Program-made: the position numbers and the translations under genes
In this document: positions 6,737 to 16,543 of the stretch, in pieces
How positions within the stretch are numbered: the first letter of the stretch is position 1
How the letters are laid out: each line of letters begins with the position of its first letter
Virus record (IMG/VR): IMGVR_UViG_3300045988_111723
Span: 1-30,856 of that record
Reading direction: 5' to 3' (one strand)
DNA: 30,856 nt
Source: a virus
Notes under the pieces: generated by a model
The model's database searches: none
The model's input: only the letters and a program-made list of their open reading frames with translations
What the model was told of the DNA's origin: nothing

Positions 6737-7753
6737 TTATCGCCTCCTGATAACGGGCGTGCCGACCGTGATTTTCCGGCTGACCGCGCCTTTTTTGCTT
6801 GTGGTCTCGATCTCGGTGATGCGGGCTTCAGACGACAGCCGCACCCCATCGACAATGCAAGTGACAATATCGCCCAGCTCTGCCCTGCCATCGTCGGAAA
6901 TCTGGAAACTCAGACTGTCGATTTTCTGCTTTTCCAGCAGTTTCTCGTATCCGCGCATGGCAAGGCGGTTGATATAGCTCTGGCTTGCGGTGGTCTCTCC
7001 GTCCTGCGGCTGGATGTCGCGGGCGTCGATCACGATCTCCCGCCGGGCGTTTCCGGTGCTGGCAATGTCGCCGACGATGCACTTTGTGCGGGTGTCACCC
7101 TCGCCGGAGCCCAGAACCAGCGCCACATTGGCATAGTCGGTATCAGAGATTTTGAGCTGGACTTGTTCGAGGTTGCCGTAGAGCTTGCGATATTTGAGGT
7201 TTTGGTTTCGCGGCGGCTGGTAGAGTCCGAACAACAGCTTTTTTTCGTCGTTGCTGCCCACCATCCGCACCCGGAACCCGATATCAAGCGCCTGACAGAT
7301 GGTCTCCGCATACTCATAGTAGCTTTTTCCGCTGAGCTGCTGCGCATATGTGACCGTCAGCCCCGCCGGGTCGTCGAGACTCAGCCGGGGCAGTGCCCGC
7401 CCACCGGAAAAGCATTCCTCAAAGAGTGCCCGCAGGGCGGGCTCTGCCGTCTGCTGACTGATAACGGTGGTGCTGACCCGTCTGCGGAGCAGATTGGTCA
7501 GCGGGTAGCCAGTTGCGACCCATGTGTGGCCGCCGGGTTCGTTGTACCCGGCAGTCAGGACAACGGCGTTTTCGGTGCCGTGTTCGCGCAGATACCGACC
7601 GGGTGAAAGCAATTGCGCGTTTTCAGCGGTGTTGTCCACCTCGATCAAAAACTTTCCCTCGGTGTTATACCCGCGTTTCCACGTCATACTGCGCCATGTG
7701 TTGACCTGCCGGATCGTCGCAAAGGTCTCCGGGTCGATCACATCAAAAATCAT
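6737..7753 (-). CDS. Siphovirus Gp37-like tail/baseplate protein
   Basis: The N-terminus MIFDVIDPETFATIRQVNTWRSMTWKRGYNTEGKFLIEV resembles the ReqiPepy6 Gp37-like family. The start at 7753 overlaps the upstream gene by 11 nt. Confidence 0.75.
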   Translation of the reverse strand: MIFDVIDPETFATIRQVNTWRSMTWKRGYNTEGKFLIEVDNTAENAQLLSPGRYLREHGTENAVVLTAGYNEPGGHTWVATGYPLTNLLRRRVSTTVISQQTAEPALRALFEECFSGGRALPRLSLDDPAGLTVTYAQQLSGKSYYEYAETICQALDIGFRVRMVGSNDEKKLLFGLYQPPRNQNLKYRKLYGNLEQVQLKISDTDYANVALVLGSGEGDTRTKCIVGDIASTGNARREIVIDARDIQPQDGETTASQSYINRLAMRGYEKLLEKQKIDSLSFQISDDGRAELGDIVTCIVDGVRLSSEARITEIETTSKKGAVSRKITVGTPVIRRR

Positions 7754-8615
7754 CCGGGTACACCCCCATATAAGCCGCATTAAAAGAGACCATACACTGC
7801 AAACTTTCTTCGCCGGAGTCTGCACCGGCTCTGAGGATGTTATCCCCTGCCGCAAACTCAAAAAGGCTGCTGTCATCATCCAGCGCGGCAAACGCATCAG
7901 TTTCGGTCTGATGTTCCACCCGGACAACGGCCAGATGGTCGTTGTCGTGATAGACGCGCAGGGTCTGGCCCGCCTCCAGTGTCGTCAAAAAGCGGAGCTT
8001 TTTCAACGTTATCACATTCAGCAGCACCGGATTTTCCACATTCCCGCCGACTGCCGTAAACTCGGCCAGAAAGGTGGTGGGAAAATCGCCGTCATTCCGA
8101 ACGTTCACAAATGCGCTTGCATTTTTGACGCCGAAACGGTGGGGCGTGGAATAATTGACCGGGAACCGGAACGCGGGAGAAAATCCGCCTAAAACAGCTT
8201 GCGTTGCGTCCAGCCGCTGCCAATATGGTTTTCGGCAGTAGAGCATGAGCGAAAAGGTGCGCCCGTTCCGGCTGCCCGCTGTGCGGACGACGTAGGGCGA
8301 TTTTTTGACCACATACTCCGTAAAATAGAGATCGTTCAGGATCAGACGTCCTTCCGTGAGCGGCGGCAGTGCGGATAGAAGCAGCTTCGCCGCTGCGGTG
8401 CTCAGGCACTCGCCGCTGATCGTCCGCAGAACCCCGCCGACGGTCTGCGAGTCAATGCTTTCGCCCACCTGATTGACGCTCTGACTTGTGGAGATATCCA
8501 CATCCACGCCGCTGATCGGGTCAAGATTTCCTTTCAGGCCGGAGTCGGGCACATTGATGAGCGCCTCGCGGCCATTGGCGGTCTGGATATCGATCTTATA
8601 AGCCAACGAGAACAC
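7743..8615 (-). CDS. Distal tail protein (Dit-like, siphovirus tail component)
   Basis: 290-aa ORF directly after the tape measure gene, with a GTG start. Assignment rests on synteny. Confidence 0.75.
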   Translation of the reverse strand: MFSLAYKIDIQTANGREALINVPDSGLKGNLDPISGVDVDISTSQSVNQVGESIDSQTVGGVLRTISGECLSTAAAKLLLSALPPLTEGRLILNDLYFTEYVVKKSPYVVRTAGSRNGRTFSLMLYCRKPYWQRLDATQAVLGGFSPAFRFPVNYSTPHRFGVKNASAFVNVRNDGDFPTTFLAEFTAVGGNVENPVLLNVITLKKLRFLTTLEAGQTLRVYHDNDHLAVVRVEHQTETDAFAALDDDSSLFEFAAGDNILRAGADSGEESLQCMVSFNAAYMGVYPDDF

Positions 8616-10845
8616 CCCTTTCCGCTTCCCAAATCGCCTCGCGCATCAAATCCGATGCGGTGGCATCGGTGTTGGTATAAATATACTGCACCACAGTGAC
8701 GCCCGGCGTCGGTTCATCGTCGTCAGAAGGTTGGGGGTTGTTGTCCGACTTTCCGCCAGAGCCGCCCGGATCAGTAGATGGCGTGGGGGTACTCGGCGCA
8801 TCTGCGCTTGGCGACGGCGTTGTGGTGCTGGGAGTGGATACCGTCGTTGATGCTCCCCGGCTGTTTAGGTCGGATTGTGTCTTTGCCAGTGTTACCAGCA
8901 GCGCTACCAGACCTGCAGCCGCAACGGCAGCAAGTGCCCATCCAGCAGCAGGGATTGCAGACAGCGTTGCAATCACCGCAGAGATCACGCCGGAAAGAGC
9001 TGTGCCAATGGTGCCGACTACACTGCCGATAGCCGCAAAAAGCTGCGGGAAAAACGCGGTGATGCCAGAAAACAGACTTTTGCCCAACAAAGATGCCATA
9101 TCGCCCAAAACAGGCAGATAGGCCGAAATCTTTCCGCCGATCCCGGTCAGCCATTGACTGCCAGCGGCCAGAATGCTGTCGGAGTGCTGAGAAAGCGTTG
9201 CGCTCAACGTGCTGGCAATACTTGAGCCCAACTGATACACGCTCTGCCATCCGCCGGTTGCATAGGCATCGTTCAGGGCCGTCAGCCATCCAGTAATGGT
9301 TTTCCCGGTCCATGCTTTTTGGTCGGCACTCATGCCGTTATAGACCGATTCCGCAACAAATTTTCCGATGCCCTTCCAGTCTCCGTTTTTTACGGCCTTG
9401 AAAAGATTTTGCACCGACCCGACGGGGCCGTCGGAAATCAGTTTGGAGATACTGCTGGAGAGGTCCGAGAAGGGGGTTGCAATGCTTTCCGCCGCTTTTT
9501 CGGCAGCGGTTTTGAGAGCCGGAATGCCTTGCGTGATGCCGTCCACAAACTGCTGCATCATCTCAGGCATCCACTTGTCATCCCCGGCCAGCGGTCCATC
9601 GTCCGGGGTCGTGTGGTGCAAAAATTTAGCAACCGCACCCGCCACGTCTTTTGCTGCATCGGCCACAGAGCTGATCTTGTCTCGGATGCCCTTGACAATA
9701 TTGGCTACAAAATCAGCGCCCCAGCTAAGCGCTTTTTGGGCCAAATCGGCCATCTCTTTGGCCAACGTTTCCACGATCTGCACACCAGCGCGGCCCATAT
9801 CGGGCAAATGCTCGATAATGCCCTTGATGATCGCGGCAATTAACTTAACACCCGCCTCCAGCAATTTGGGGGCATTTTGGATGAGCGCCGATGCGAGATT
9901 GACGACCAGCGTACCGCCGACCGCCAGCATCTCGTCCATGTGGCTCTCAATGTAGCCAGTCAATCCTGTTATCAGCTGCGTTGCGCTGGAGGCCAGTTTA
10001 GGTATCTCCGTTACGATCTTGCCCGCAAAATCAGAGACGATCTCGACGGCAGCGGTCGCCATGCCCGCAATGCCGTCCTGCCGAAAGCCGTCAGTGATCG
10101 CGGTCATGGCCTCGGTGACATAGGGGATGACCATGGAGCCAACGGAATTTTTGAAACCGGTGCCGATGGTGGTCAGGTCCTGCAATGCGTCCTTGAACGA
10201 GGCCGACGCAGCCACGGCATCGTCGCTCATGACTCCGCCCAGCTCGTTGACCGCCTTACGCATTGCCTCGGTGTCCTCAGCACTGGTATTGAGCAGCGGG
10301 CCAAGCTCCTGCCCGGCTTTGCCAAGCAGAGTTGTCGCGATTTGAGCGCGTTCTGCGCCCTCCTCCATGCCCTGCAGACCAGTGACGACCGCCGAAAACA
10401 CATCCTCGGTGGACATCGACTTGACTTGGTCGATACTCAGGCCAACCGCATTAAAAGCAGCAACCTGATCATCGGAGCCATCCGCAATAGCTTTTGTCAG
10501 GGTTTTCATTCCGCCCTTGAGCGAGTCGATGGAGGCACCGCAGTGGCCTAAAATCGCATTCCACTCCTGATAAGCCTTTGCGCTGATACCGAGCTTTTGG
10601 CTCTGTTTGTCGATATTGTCACCCACCGAGGCCACACTGTCCGCAAACTTAAAAACCGCCGCACCGGCTGCCGACATTGCGGCAGCAGCACCGGCGGCAA
10701 ATTTTGCGGCACCTGTAACAGCCTTGCCGAGCGTTTCTTGCACCTTTTTCGCGCCGGAATCGGTCTTGCTCAGGCTCTTATCGGCCTCTGTGCTGTCAAT
10801 CAGGATGGAGCCAAACAGCCTAAAAATCTCAGTGCCACTAGCCAT
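8596..10845 (-). CDS. Tape measure protein
   Basis: 749 aa, Ala/Gly-rich helical repeats, hydrophobic C-terminal segments, located downstream of the G/GT chaperones. Confidence 0.92.
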   Translation of the reverse strand: MASGTEIFRLFGSILIDSTEADKSLSKTDSGAKKVQETLGKAVTGAAKFAAGAAAAMSAAGAAVFKFADSVASVGDNIDKQSQKLGISAKAYQEWNAILGHCGASIDSLKGGMKTLTKAIADGSDDQVAAFNAVGLSIDQVKSMSTEDVFSAVVTGLQGMEEGAERAQIATTLLGKAGQELGPLLNTSAEDTEAMRKAVNELGGVMSDDAVAASASFKDALQDLTTIGTGFKNSVGSMVIPYVTEAMTAITDGFRQDGIAGMATAAVEIVSDFAGKIVTEIPKLASSATQLITGLTGYIESHMDEMLAVGGTLVVNLASALIQNAPKLLEAGVKLIAAIIKGIIEHLPDMGRAGVQIVETLAKEMADLAQKALSWGADFVANIVKGIRDKISSVADAAKDVAGAVAKFLHHTTPDDGPLAGDDKWMPEMMQQFVDGITQGIPALKTAAEKAAESIATPFSDLSSSISKLISDGPVGSVQNLFKAVKNGDWKGIGKFVAESVYNGMSADQKAWTGKTITGWLTALNDAYATGGWQSVYQLGSSIASTLSATLSQHSDSILAAGSQWLTGIGGKISAYLPVLGDMASLLGKSLFSGITAFFPQLFAAIGSVVGTIGTALSGVISAVIATLSAIPAAGWALAAVAAAGLVALLVTLAKTQSDLNSRGASTTVSTPSTTTPSPSADAPSTPTPSTDPGGSGGKSDNNPQPSDDDEPTPGVTVVQYIYTNTDATASDLMREAIWEAERGVLVGL

Positions 10846-11116
10846 TCTCCGTCCTCCAATCCAGATTAAGCAGTTTCAGGGAGTCAGCAACGATAGATTC
10901 GACTTTTTCTTTTGGTGCGGGCTGCGCAGGGAGAAGCGCCGCCTTAAAATCCTCAAAGTGAGGGTAATCCTCCTCATAGCGGAGATACCACCGGAGCCGC
11001 AGTTGGTCCTCAGCCGCAAATTTGAGGATTTTGGGCAAAAACGCCACGGTCTCCTCCCACGTCCACGCATCAAAAAAGCGGATGTTTCCGCCGTAACGGT
11101 GCAAAACTGCATCCAT
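10838..11116 (-). CDS. Tail assembly chaperone, T-part (reached by -1 frameshift from the upstream gene)
   Basis: 92-aa ORF. The frame is open back to the slippery site at 11149-11155. Confidence 0.7.
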   Translation of the reverse strand: MDAVLHRYGGNIRFFDAWTWEETVAFLPKILKFAAEDQLRLRWYLRYEEDYPHFEDFKAALLPAQPAPKEKVESIVADSLKLLNLDWRTENG

Positions 11117-11466
11117 TACTTCGTCCGGATCAACCGCCGCACCTTGCCGAAAAAACCGACCAGATCATTTTCCTCCATCAACTCGCCGACTGCATCCGCC
11201 AGTTCGTTGATTTCCATTGCCTTTACCTCGGCACCGCTCTTTTTCTCAAACGGCCCGGCCAAAAAATTCCAGATAAGCTCTTCGGCCTTGAGGTCCACTA
11301 CATTTTCCAGCAGAGTGCCCAAAAACTGCAGTCCGGCCGCGCTTTTGTCGTCCTCAGTTTTTGCCTGATCCAGCTGTTTGCCGATGGCCTTGATGGGCTC
11401 CGTCAAGTCCAGAGCGCGCATCAGGCGCAACGCAGCAAAGACATCGCCGCCATTCAGTTTCCGCAT
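11116..11466 (-). CDS. Tail assembly chaperone (gpG-like)
   Basis: 116-aa acidic ORF between the major tail and tape measure genes. Confidence 0.75.
   Translation of the reverse strand: MRKLNGGDVFAALRLMRALDLTEPIKAIGKQLDQAKTEDDKSAAGLQFLGTLLENVVDLKAEELIWNFLAGPFEKKSGAEVKAMEINELADAVGELMEENDLVGFFGKVRRLIRTK
11149..11155 (-). promoter_or_regulatory. Slippery heptamer T_TTT_TTC for the G/GT -1 programmed frameshift
   Basis: In-frame codons are GGT TTT TTC. The -1 frame reads FFRQGAAVDPDEV and then enters the ATG of the downstream ORF with no stop. Confidence 0.55.
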
Positions 11467-11480
11467 TGTTTTATCCTCCC

Positions 11481-12092
11481 TTATTCGGCCTTAGTGGGGT
11501 AGTAGATCACATAGGGCTGCTTGTCCAGATCGTCGGCGTCATAGTTGGCGTCAAGCGTCAGGGCAATGGTCGTCTCCTTCTGATCCTGCGGGTTCATCGA
11601 CAGGTCGCCGGTGTTGAATGCGTTAAAAATGGTCAGCACGATGGGCAGAGAACTGCCGCTCAGCCGACCGATAAAAGACAGGCTGTCGATGTAATCCTCA
11701 TCATCCAGACTGTCTTTCGGGGTGATGATCTTGTAGCCCTCCAGACCGTCGCTTCCGGTGGTGATGGTTGCAGCGGCCATGCCCATCTGCAAAATTTCCG
11801 GCGTGATCTCCTGCATGGTGGTCTGGAGGCTGGCCTTCCAGTAGTCGAGAATCCAGTTGCCTTTCGTGTTTTCCGGGGTGCCGTCGATCTGGAGCCAGTG
11901 GCCGACCTTTGAGCCCGTGAACGTACCGCCGCCGGTCGTTGCACCCAGCAGCTTGGTAGGTTCAGAGCGGAGGCTCTCGTAGGTATCGGTTTTGGGGTTG
12001 AAATCGCGGACGAAAATGCCAGCACCCAACTGCAAACGGTCTTTGGTCTTGGTCGTCTGGCCGGTCATGCGCTTATGGTTAAAAAGTGCCAT
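11481..12092 (-). CDS. Major tail protein
   Basis: 203-aa ORF immediately upstream of the chaperone pair. Assignment by synteny. Confidence 0.8.
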   Translation of the reverse strand: MALFNHKRMTGQTTKTKDRLQLGAGIFVRDFNPKTDTYESLRSEPTKLLGATTGGGTFTGSKVGHWLQIDGTPENTKGNWILDYWKASLQTTMQEITPEILQMGMAAATITTGSDGLEGYKIITPKDSLDDEDYIDSLSFIGRLSGSSLPIVLTIFNAFNTGDLSMNPQDQKETTIALTLDANYDADDLDKQPYVIYYPTKAE

Positions 12093-12098
12093 AGATGG

Positions 12099-12476
12099 TT
12101 AACCTCCCATCGCTAAAAATTCAAACGTTAAAAGTCGGATGGTGACGCTCTTGTCACTATCCTCAACAGGGGCAGCTCTGCCGTTGTAGAGATAATAGGT
12201 CAGCTCGTCGGAGCAAGAGGAAAAAACATCCAGCTCATCCAGCAGGGTCTGCGCAATATGATCCACCTCAGAGGGCAGACCATTGCCGGAGATGGTGCAG
12301 GACAGCGTACCGCGAAGGGTGCTGTCGCTCGTCCACACCGTCGCGGTGTAGCAGATGCGCGGAAAACCCACCTCGCGGCTCCGCTCGTAGAAAACGGTGT
12401 CCACAGTGGACACTTCGCGGAGTTTTTCGCCAATGGCAGCGGTAAACCGCTCGAACGTGGTACTAGTCGGTGTCAT
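12099..12476 (-). CDS. Tail completion / tail terminator-type protein (putative)
   Basis: Assignment by synteny. Start chosen at 12476 (GGAG 6-9 nt upstream); the ORF track starts at 12500. Contains one copy of the 17-bp palindrome. Confidence 0.65.
   Translation of the reverse strand: MTPTSTTFERFTAAIGEKLREVSTVDTVFYERSREVGFPRICYTATVWTSDSTLRGTLSCTISGNGLPSEVDHIAQTLLDELDVFSSCSDELTYYLYNGRAAPVEDSDKSVTIRLLTFEFLAMGG
12397..12413. repeat. 17-bp perfect palindrome GTGTCCACAGTGGACAC, copy 1 (inside a CDS)
   Basis: Identical to 19221-19237 and 28564-28580. Confidence 0.95.
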
Positions 12477-12933
12477 TTGGCTCCATCTCCTCGTCATCAA
12501 TCAGGCCGAGGGCGCGGTTTTCGTCCTCGACGGCAGACAGATAGTGTCCCTCTATCCTGCGTATCTCGTCAATGTTTTCCTGTACGGCGGTCGTCAGGAT
12601 TTTCCTAGGTGGCTGGTTTCCGTCGCCGAGTTCCTGCAATACGCCGTACCATGTATCGTGTTTGATACCGACCTGAAGATCGGTCTCTTTTTTTCGCACC
12701 CACCAAGAAAAAGCCCCGCTTTTTCCATAAAAGCGGGACTTGATGGTGAGTCTGCCCATGTGCTTGCGGGCGCCGGATGCAGTACGGGCCTGTTTGACGA
12801 CGTACTTGCCAACATCGCGGAGGGCGGCGCGGCTGAGTTCCTGAATGGTGTACTTCGTTCGGTCGATGTTGGACTGGTAGGTGACGCCATTCTTGGTGAT
12901 CTTCATGCCGCTGGGCGGGTTAGCCATCTTCAT
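12463..12933 (-). CDS. HK97 gp10-family head-tail joining protein
   Basis: WYGVLQELGDGNQPPRKIL motif plus synteny. Start at 12933. Confidence 0.75.
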   Translation of the reverse strand: MKMANPPSGMKITKNGVTYQSNIDRTKYTIQELSRAALRDVGKYVVKQARTASGARKHMGRLTIKSRFYGKSGAFSWWVRKKETDLQVGIKHDTWYGVLQELGDGNQPPRKILTTAVQENIDEIRRIEGHYLSAVEDENRALGLIDDEEMEPNDTD

Positions 12934-13228
12934 CCGCCCCTTTCCGCTGGCAGTGCAGCTCGATATAGTCGCCGGAAAGGTAGGTGCGGATGACAGTATA
13001 GACAACACCGTTCACGCGGATGCGCCGCTGCTGGGCATATTCCTGCTCGTAGATCGTGACGACGATCTCCGGGCGATAGCCGGAGTTTGCCGCTTGGTAG
13101 AACTCGGACGCCGTGACGCCGGACAGTGTGCCGATCACAGAGGTTTCCGTCTGCACCGCCACCTGTTCAGAGCGCTCGTTCCGGGTCAGCTCCTCGCCGA
13201 TCAGCGTCACCTCAGCGTACTTTTTCAT
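12920..13228 (-). CDS. Head closure / head-tail adaptor protein
   Basis: About 100-aa ORF between the connector and gp10-like genes. Start at 13228 (MKKYAEV). Confidence 0.75.
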   Translation of the reverse strand: MKKYAEVTLIGEELTRNERSEQVAVQTETSVIGTLSGVTASEFYQAANSGYRPEIVVTIYEQEYAQQRRIRVNGVVYTVIRTYLSGDYIELHCQRKGADEDG

Positions 13229-13508
13229 CCACCACCACCCTCTCCGCGTAACCAAAGGCCGTCATGAGCTGGGATTTCTGCTCATCATAGGACTCCTTGA
13301 GCCGGTCATAATCGTCCGACTCGCCGAAATGGGCCTTGCAGTAAGTCGTGACGGCGCGGGCGATGAGCGGCTTGTCCGGGTTGTCACGTGCGGCCACGCC
13401 AGCGATCTCCAGATCATCCAGCGCTGCCTCAATGAGAGCAGAAAGCTCATCGTCAAACACTGCCGCCGTGATGCGCAGCGCCCGCTTGACCATTTCCAGC
13501 TGCGTCAT
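13212..13508 (-). CDS. Head-tail connector (gp6-like DNA packaging protein)
   Basis: 98-aa helical ORF right after the capsid gene. N-terminal pattern MTQLEMVKRALRI..DDELSALIEAA. Confidence 0.75.
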   Translation of the reverse strand: MTQLEMVKRALRITAAVFDDELSALIEAALDDLEIAGVAARDNPDKPLIARAVTTYCKAHFGESDDYDRLKESYDEQKSQLMTAFGYAERVVVDEKVR

Positions 13509-13524
13509 AGGTCACACCGCCTTA

Positions 13525-14724
13525 TCAGGTCTTAGCCGGGATTTCCAGCGCCACGAAGCCGCCCTTGACGACGACGTCAGCGCCCAGCTCCACATCGCCC
13601 AGAATGGTCTCCATCAGCTTGTTGAACGCGAAATCGGAAGAGACCGAGATTTCATAATCGCTGAACAGGTCAAGCTCCAGACAGGTCGGAATGCCGTAGA
13701 ACATGGTCTTCTTGGCGTCAGAGGTGTCCTCAGCAGTACCGGCGCAGGGCGTCAGGTTGTTGTTGAGGCAGTAGCGCACGCTCAGGCCGCCATCCTTGAT
13801 GATGCCGGTGTTGGGGTTGTCGGTGTCCGGGGTGATCTCATAGACCGGCTTCTTCTCGTTGGTGCCCCGCACGTCGCCGAATGCGATCAGGTCGCTCTTG
13901 TGCAGGAACAGCACAGCGCCGCCCACAACGCTCTCATCGCCGCCATAGGCCAGCGCCAGCTTGCGCAAGGTGGTCGCATCAACAACGCCCTTGCCGCCGG
14001 TCTTGGTGGCCGCGACGGTGGTGTTCAGGGTGCTGGCCACCATCTGCTTGGTGATGAGCGCAGCGGCATTTTTGCGCAGACTCACAAGGGCCTGTTCGCG
14101 CACCTTGGCTTCATACAGCAACGGAGACTGCTTTTTGACCTGCTTGCTGATATAGGAGAGCACCGCCACGGAGGTGGGGTTGATCGTCACAGTGTCGAAC
14201 TGTGCCTCTTTGACGGTAGCCTCGCCGCCCTCGGTCTGGTCAGCCGCAGCGTCAGCGTCCGCCTTGACATAGGCGACCACGTTGCTGCGCATACCCTCGC
14301 AGTTGACGACCTTGACCATGTCCACGATGCTGGAGACCTTGGAGCCGATAAGATCATTGATGCCGGACGCACCAGCGGGCGCGGCCAGCTTGCCGCTGCT
14401 CATCAGGGTGGCACGGACTTCCTTGGTGCTGATCTTCTCAGTGCGGGTCTCGACGAACTTCTGCGCACGGGTCTCGTTTTCGTCGGGGCCGGATGCCGGA
14501 TTTTCCACAGGGGTTCCGGTTGCGGTCATCTTTTCAGCAAGGGCGCGGCGGCGCTGCTCCTTGTCATACTGCGCAATGCGCTTAGACACGGCGTCAGCGT
14601 CCTTCTCCAGCTCGGCCAGCGCCGCGTCGTCGAGGGCAGGGTCTGCGGACTTGGTGCGGATTTCGGCAGCATAGGCGCGCAGCTCTTCGATGGTCATCTC
14701 TTCAATTTTCTTCATTTCTGTCAC
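13525..14724 (-). CDS. Major capsid protein, HK97 fold, with N-terminal delta domain
   Basis: 399 aa with a coiled N-terminal scaffold-like region, located directly after the prohead protease. Confidence 0.92.
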   Translation of the reverse strand: MTEMKKIEEMTIEELRAYAAEIRTKSADPALDDAALAELEKDADAVSKRIAQYDKEQRRRALAEKMTATGTPVENPASGPDENETRAQKFVETRTEKISTKEVRATLMSSGKLAAPAGASGINDLIGSKVSSIVDMVKVVNCEGMRSNVVAYVKADADAAADQTEGGEATVKEAQFDTVTINPTSVAVLSYISKQVKKQSPLLYEAKVREQALVSLRKNAAALITKQMVASTLNTTVAATKTGGKGVVDATTLRKLALAYGGDESVVGGAVLFLHKSDLIAFGDVRGTNEKKPVYEITPDTDNPNTGIIKDGGLSVRYCLNNNLTPCAGTAEDTSDAKKTMFYGIPTCLELDLFSDYEISVSSDFAFNKLMETILGDVELGADVVVKGGFVALEIPAKT

Positions 14725-15359
14725 ACTCCCAAAAGTTTCAGGTTGATTCTGCGGATGGTATTCGCCCTCTTGAGTCGCTCCGCTCTGATCTCTCCGATCA
14801 ATCCGTCCGAGAGATTTCGGGCACTGATCGACGTCGCGTCATTGGCCGGGAGGCTCACAGCGCTGACATCGTACAGCTTTTTGAATTTGGTGATCGTCCG
14901 GGTCAGGGTCACAAACCCGGTCTCGTGATCTTCGGTCGATTCGCGTTTGTCCTCGGCGACCGAAAAACCGAAAGACATCTTGTCGGTGTACCCGTCCCTG
15001 ATCTCGGCATACAACTGCCGCCCAATCTCGGTGCCGCTGAGGTCTGCCGTGATTTTCAGACCCGTCCCGTCCGGGGAACAGGTCAGGGTGTTGTTTTTGG
15101 TTCGGGCGAAGACACGCCCGGTGTGGTCGTACTGGAAAATGACATCGGACATGTCGCAGTCCTTGAACGCATTGGGGTCGATCTGCTCCATAACCTTGTA
15201 GTCCCGGCCCTCGAACAGTAAATAAGGCTGGTTGAAGGTGGCCGCGTAGCCCTCCACGATCATGGAGGAATCGGCACCCTCATCGGAGCGGACGGAAAGC
15301 TGCATGGCACGGTACTCCCGCCCATCCTCCAGCTTTTTCAAAAGCTTTTCATTTTGCAT
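14721..15359 (-). CDS. Prohead serine protease, HK97 family
   Basis: MIVEGYAATFN...DHTGRVFARTKNNTL pattern. Start at 15359 overlaps the portal stop. Confidence 0.88.
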   Translation of the reverse strand: MQNEKLLKKLEDGREYRAMQLSVRSDEGADSSMIVEGYAATFNQPYLLFEGRDYKVMEQIDPNAFKDCDMSDVIFQYDHTGRVFARTKNNTLTCSPDGTGLKITADLSGTEIGRQLYAEIRDGYTDKMSFGFSVAEDKRESTEDHETGFVTLTRTITKFKKLYDVSAVSLPANDATSISARNLSDGLIGEIRAERLKRANTIRRINLKLLGV

Positions 15360-16539
15360 CTGGTGTTTTTTCTCCTTTCTTGGGCGCTTCGCCGTTGTCG
15401 TTGAGAAGATAATACTCGCCGCGGATGGTATAGGCTTTTCCCTGTCCATTCGGGAGCGGGTCGAGGTTCCAGATTTCACGAATCTCATCCCGGTTCATGA
15501 TTCCCCGGTCAGCCATCTGGGCCGAAACGTTGAGCTTTTCGGTGTTGCTCATATATTGCAGCCGGTTGCTTGTGGCCATAACCTGAGAGCCCCGCGTCCG
15601 TTCGTTTTCGCTGAACAGCATCCCGCTCAGAGAGTCACCAAACTGGATCGCGAACGGTTTGATGCGGCCCTCATAGAACGCATTCCACGCATCGCCGTAG
15701 GCTTTATTCTGAAGGATATCTTCATTCACACCGAAATAATCGAATACATTGGTTCGGATTCGATCCATTTCCTCAGCGCTGACCACATAGGGCGTATTAT
15801 TCAATTGCTGAATGTTGGTGTAGGTGTTGGGGAAAAGCAGCATTCCGCCGCCCTCGCCCTGAAGATTTTCCTTGTTGAAATTTTCCCGCGCTTCTTTCAG
15901 GTCTTTCGATGTTGCGAAATTTTTGAGCTGGGCCATAAAACGGAAAGAAGCCGAATTTTTGACGGCTTCCTGAATACCCTGATTCTGGATGTTGATGAGG
16001 TCCATGGTCGGATTCAGGGCACGATTGCTTTCTCCGAAAATATCATTTTTGTACTGGAATTTTGTCATCACCGCGCAGTCTTTCAGCGCAATGCTGGCCT
16101 GTTTTCCACTTATGAATGTGTATTTCAGCCAATAAGCGTCGTCTTTCTTAAACAGTGCGCATTGCGATGGAAGCGCCGGAAAAATCCCACTGATTACGCC
16201 CCACTCGTCAAACACCGGAATGATATATGCGGTGTTTTGCATATCCAGAATCGTGGAGAGCCTATACAAAAACTGCCCCCATGTCTGCCATTCATTCGGC
16301 GCGTGGCGAAGTTTGGTTTGCAGCACCGGTTCCGCACTGCCTAAAATCTTAACGTCAAGTTTGCTGACATGGTTTGCAACTGCGTGCACAGAGGACCGGA
16401 TGATCTCCATTTCGTACAGCTCTCCGCCCCAGCTCGTAAAACTAGGCGTGTACCCATCAATCAGAGACCAAAATTTCCCATTGTAACGGATTGGACGGCG
16501 GGTAGAAAAGCCTTTGAAAATTTTGTCTAAAAATCCCAT
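15349..16539 (-). CDS. Portal protein, HK97 family
   Basis: 396-aa ORF between the terminase and protease genes, with an AAGGAG RBS. Confidence 0.92.
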   Translation of the reverse strand: MGFLDKIFKGFSTRRPIRYNGKFWSLIDGYTPSFTSWGGELYEMEIIRSSVHAVANHVSKLDVKILGSAEPVLQTKLRHAPNEWQTWGQFLYRLSTILDMQNTAYIIPVFDEWGVISGIFPALPSQCALFKKDDAYWLKYTFISGKQASIALKDCAVMTKFQYKNDIFGESNRALNPTMDLINIQNQGIQEAVKNSASFRFMAQLKNFATSKDLKEARENFNKENLQGEGGGMLLFPNTYTNIQQLNNTPYVVSAEEMDRIRTNVFDYFGVNEDILQNKAYGDAWNAFYEGRIKPFAIQFGDSLSGMLFSENERTRGSQVMATSNRLQYMSNTEKLNVSAQMADRGIMNRDEIREIWNLDPLPNGQGKAYTIRGEYYLLNDNGEAPKKGEKTPDAK

Positions 16540-16543
16540 CGGA

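Noticed and set aside
5547-6977. 476-aa plus-strand ORF antisense to the tail-fibre and Gp37-like genes. Similar long antisense ORFs occur at 13348-14928, 15262-16344, 10607-11368, 21621-22541, 22972-23820 and 25404-26315.
   Set aside because: These are Arg/Gly/Ala/Pro-rich, low-complexity translations with no RBS. They lie opposite genes with clear phage homology. They are typical shadow ORFs of high-GC DNA.
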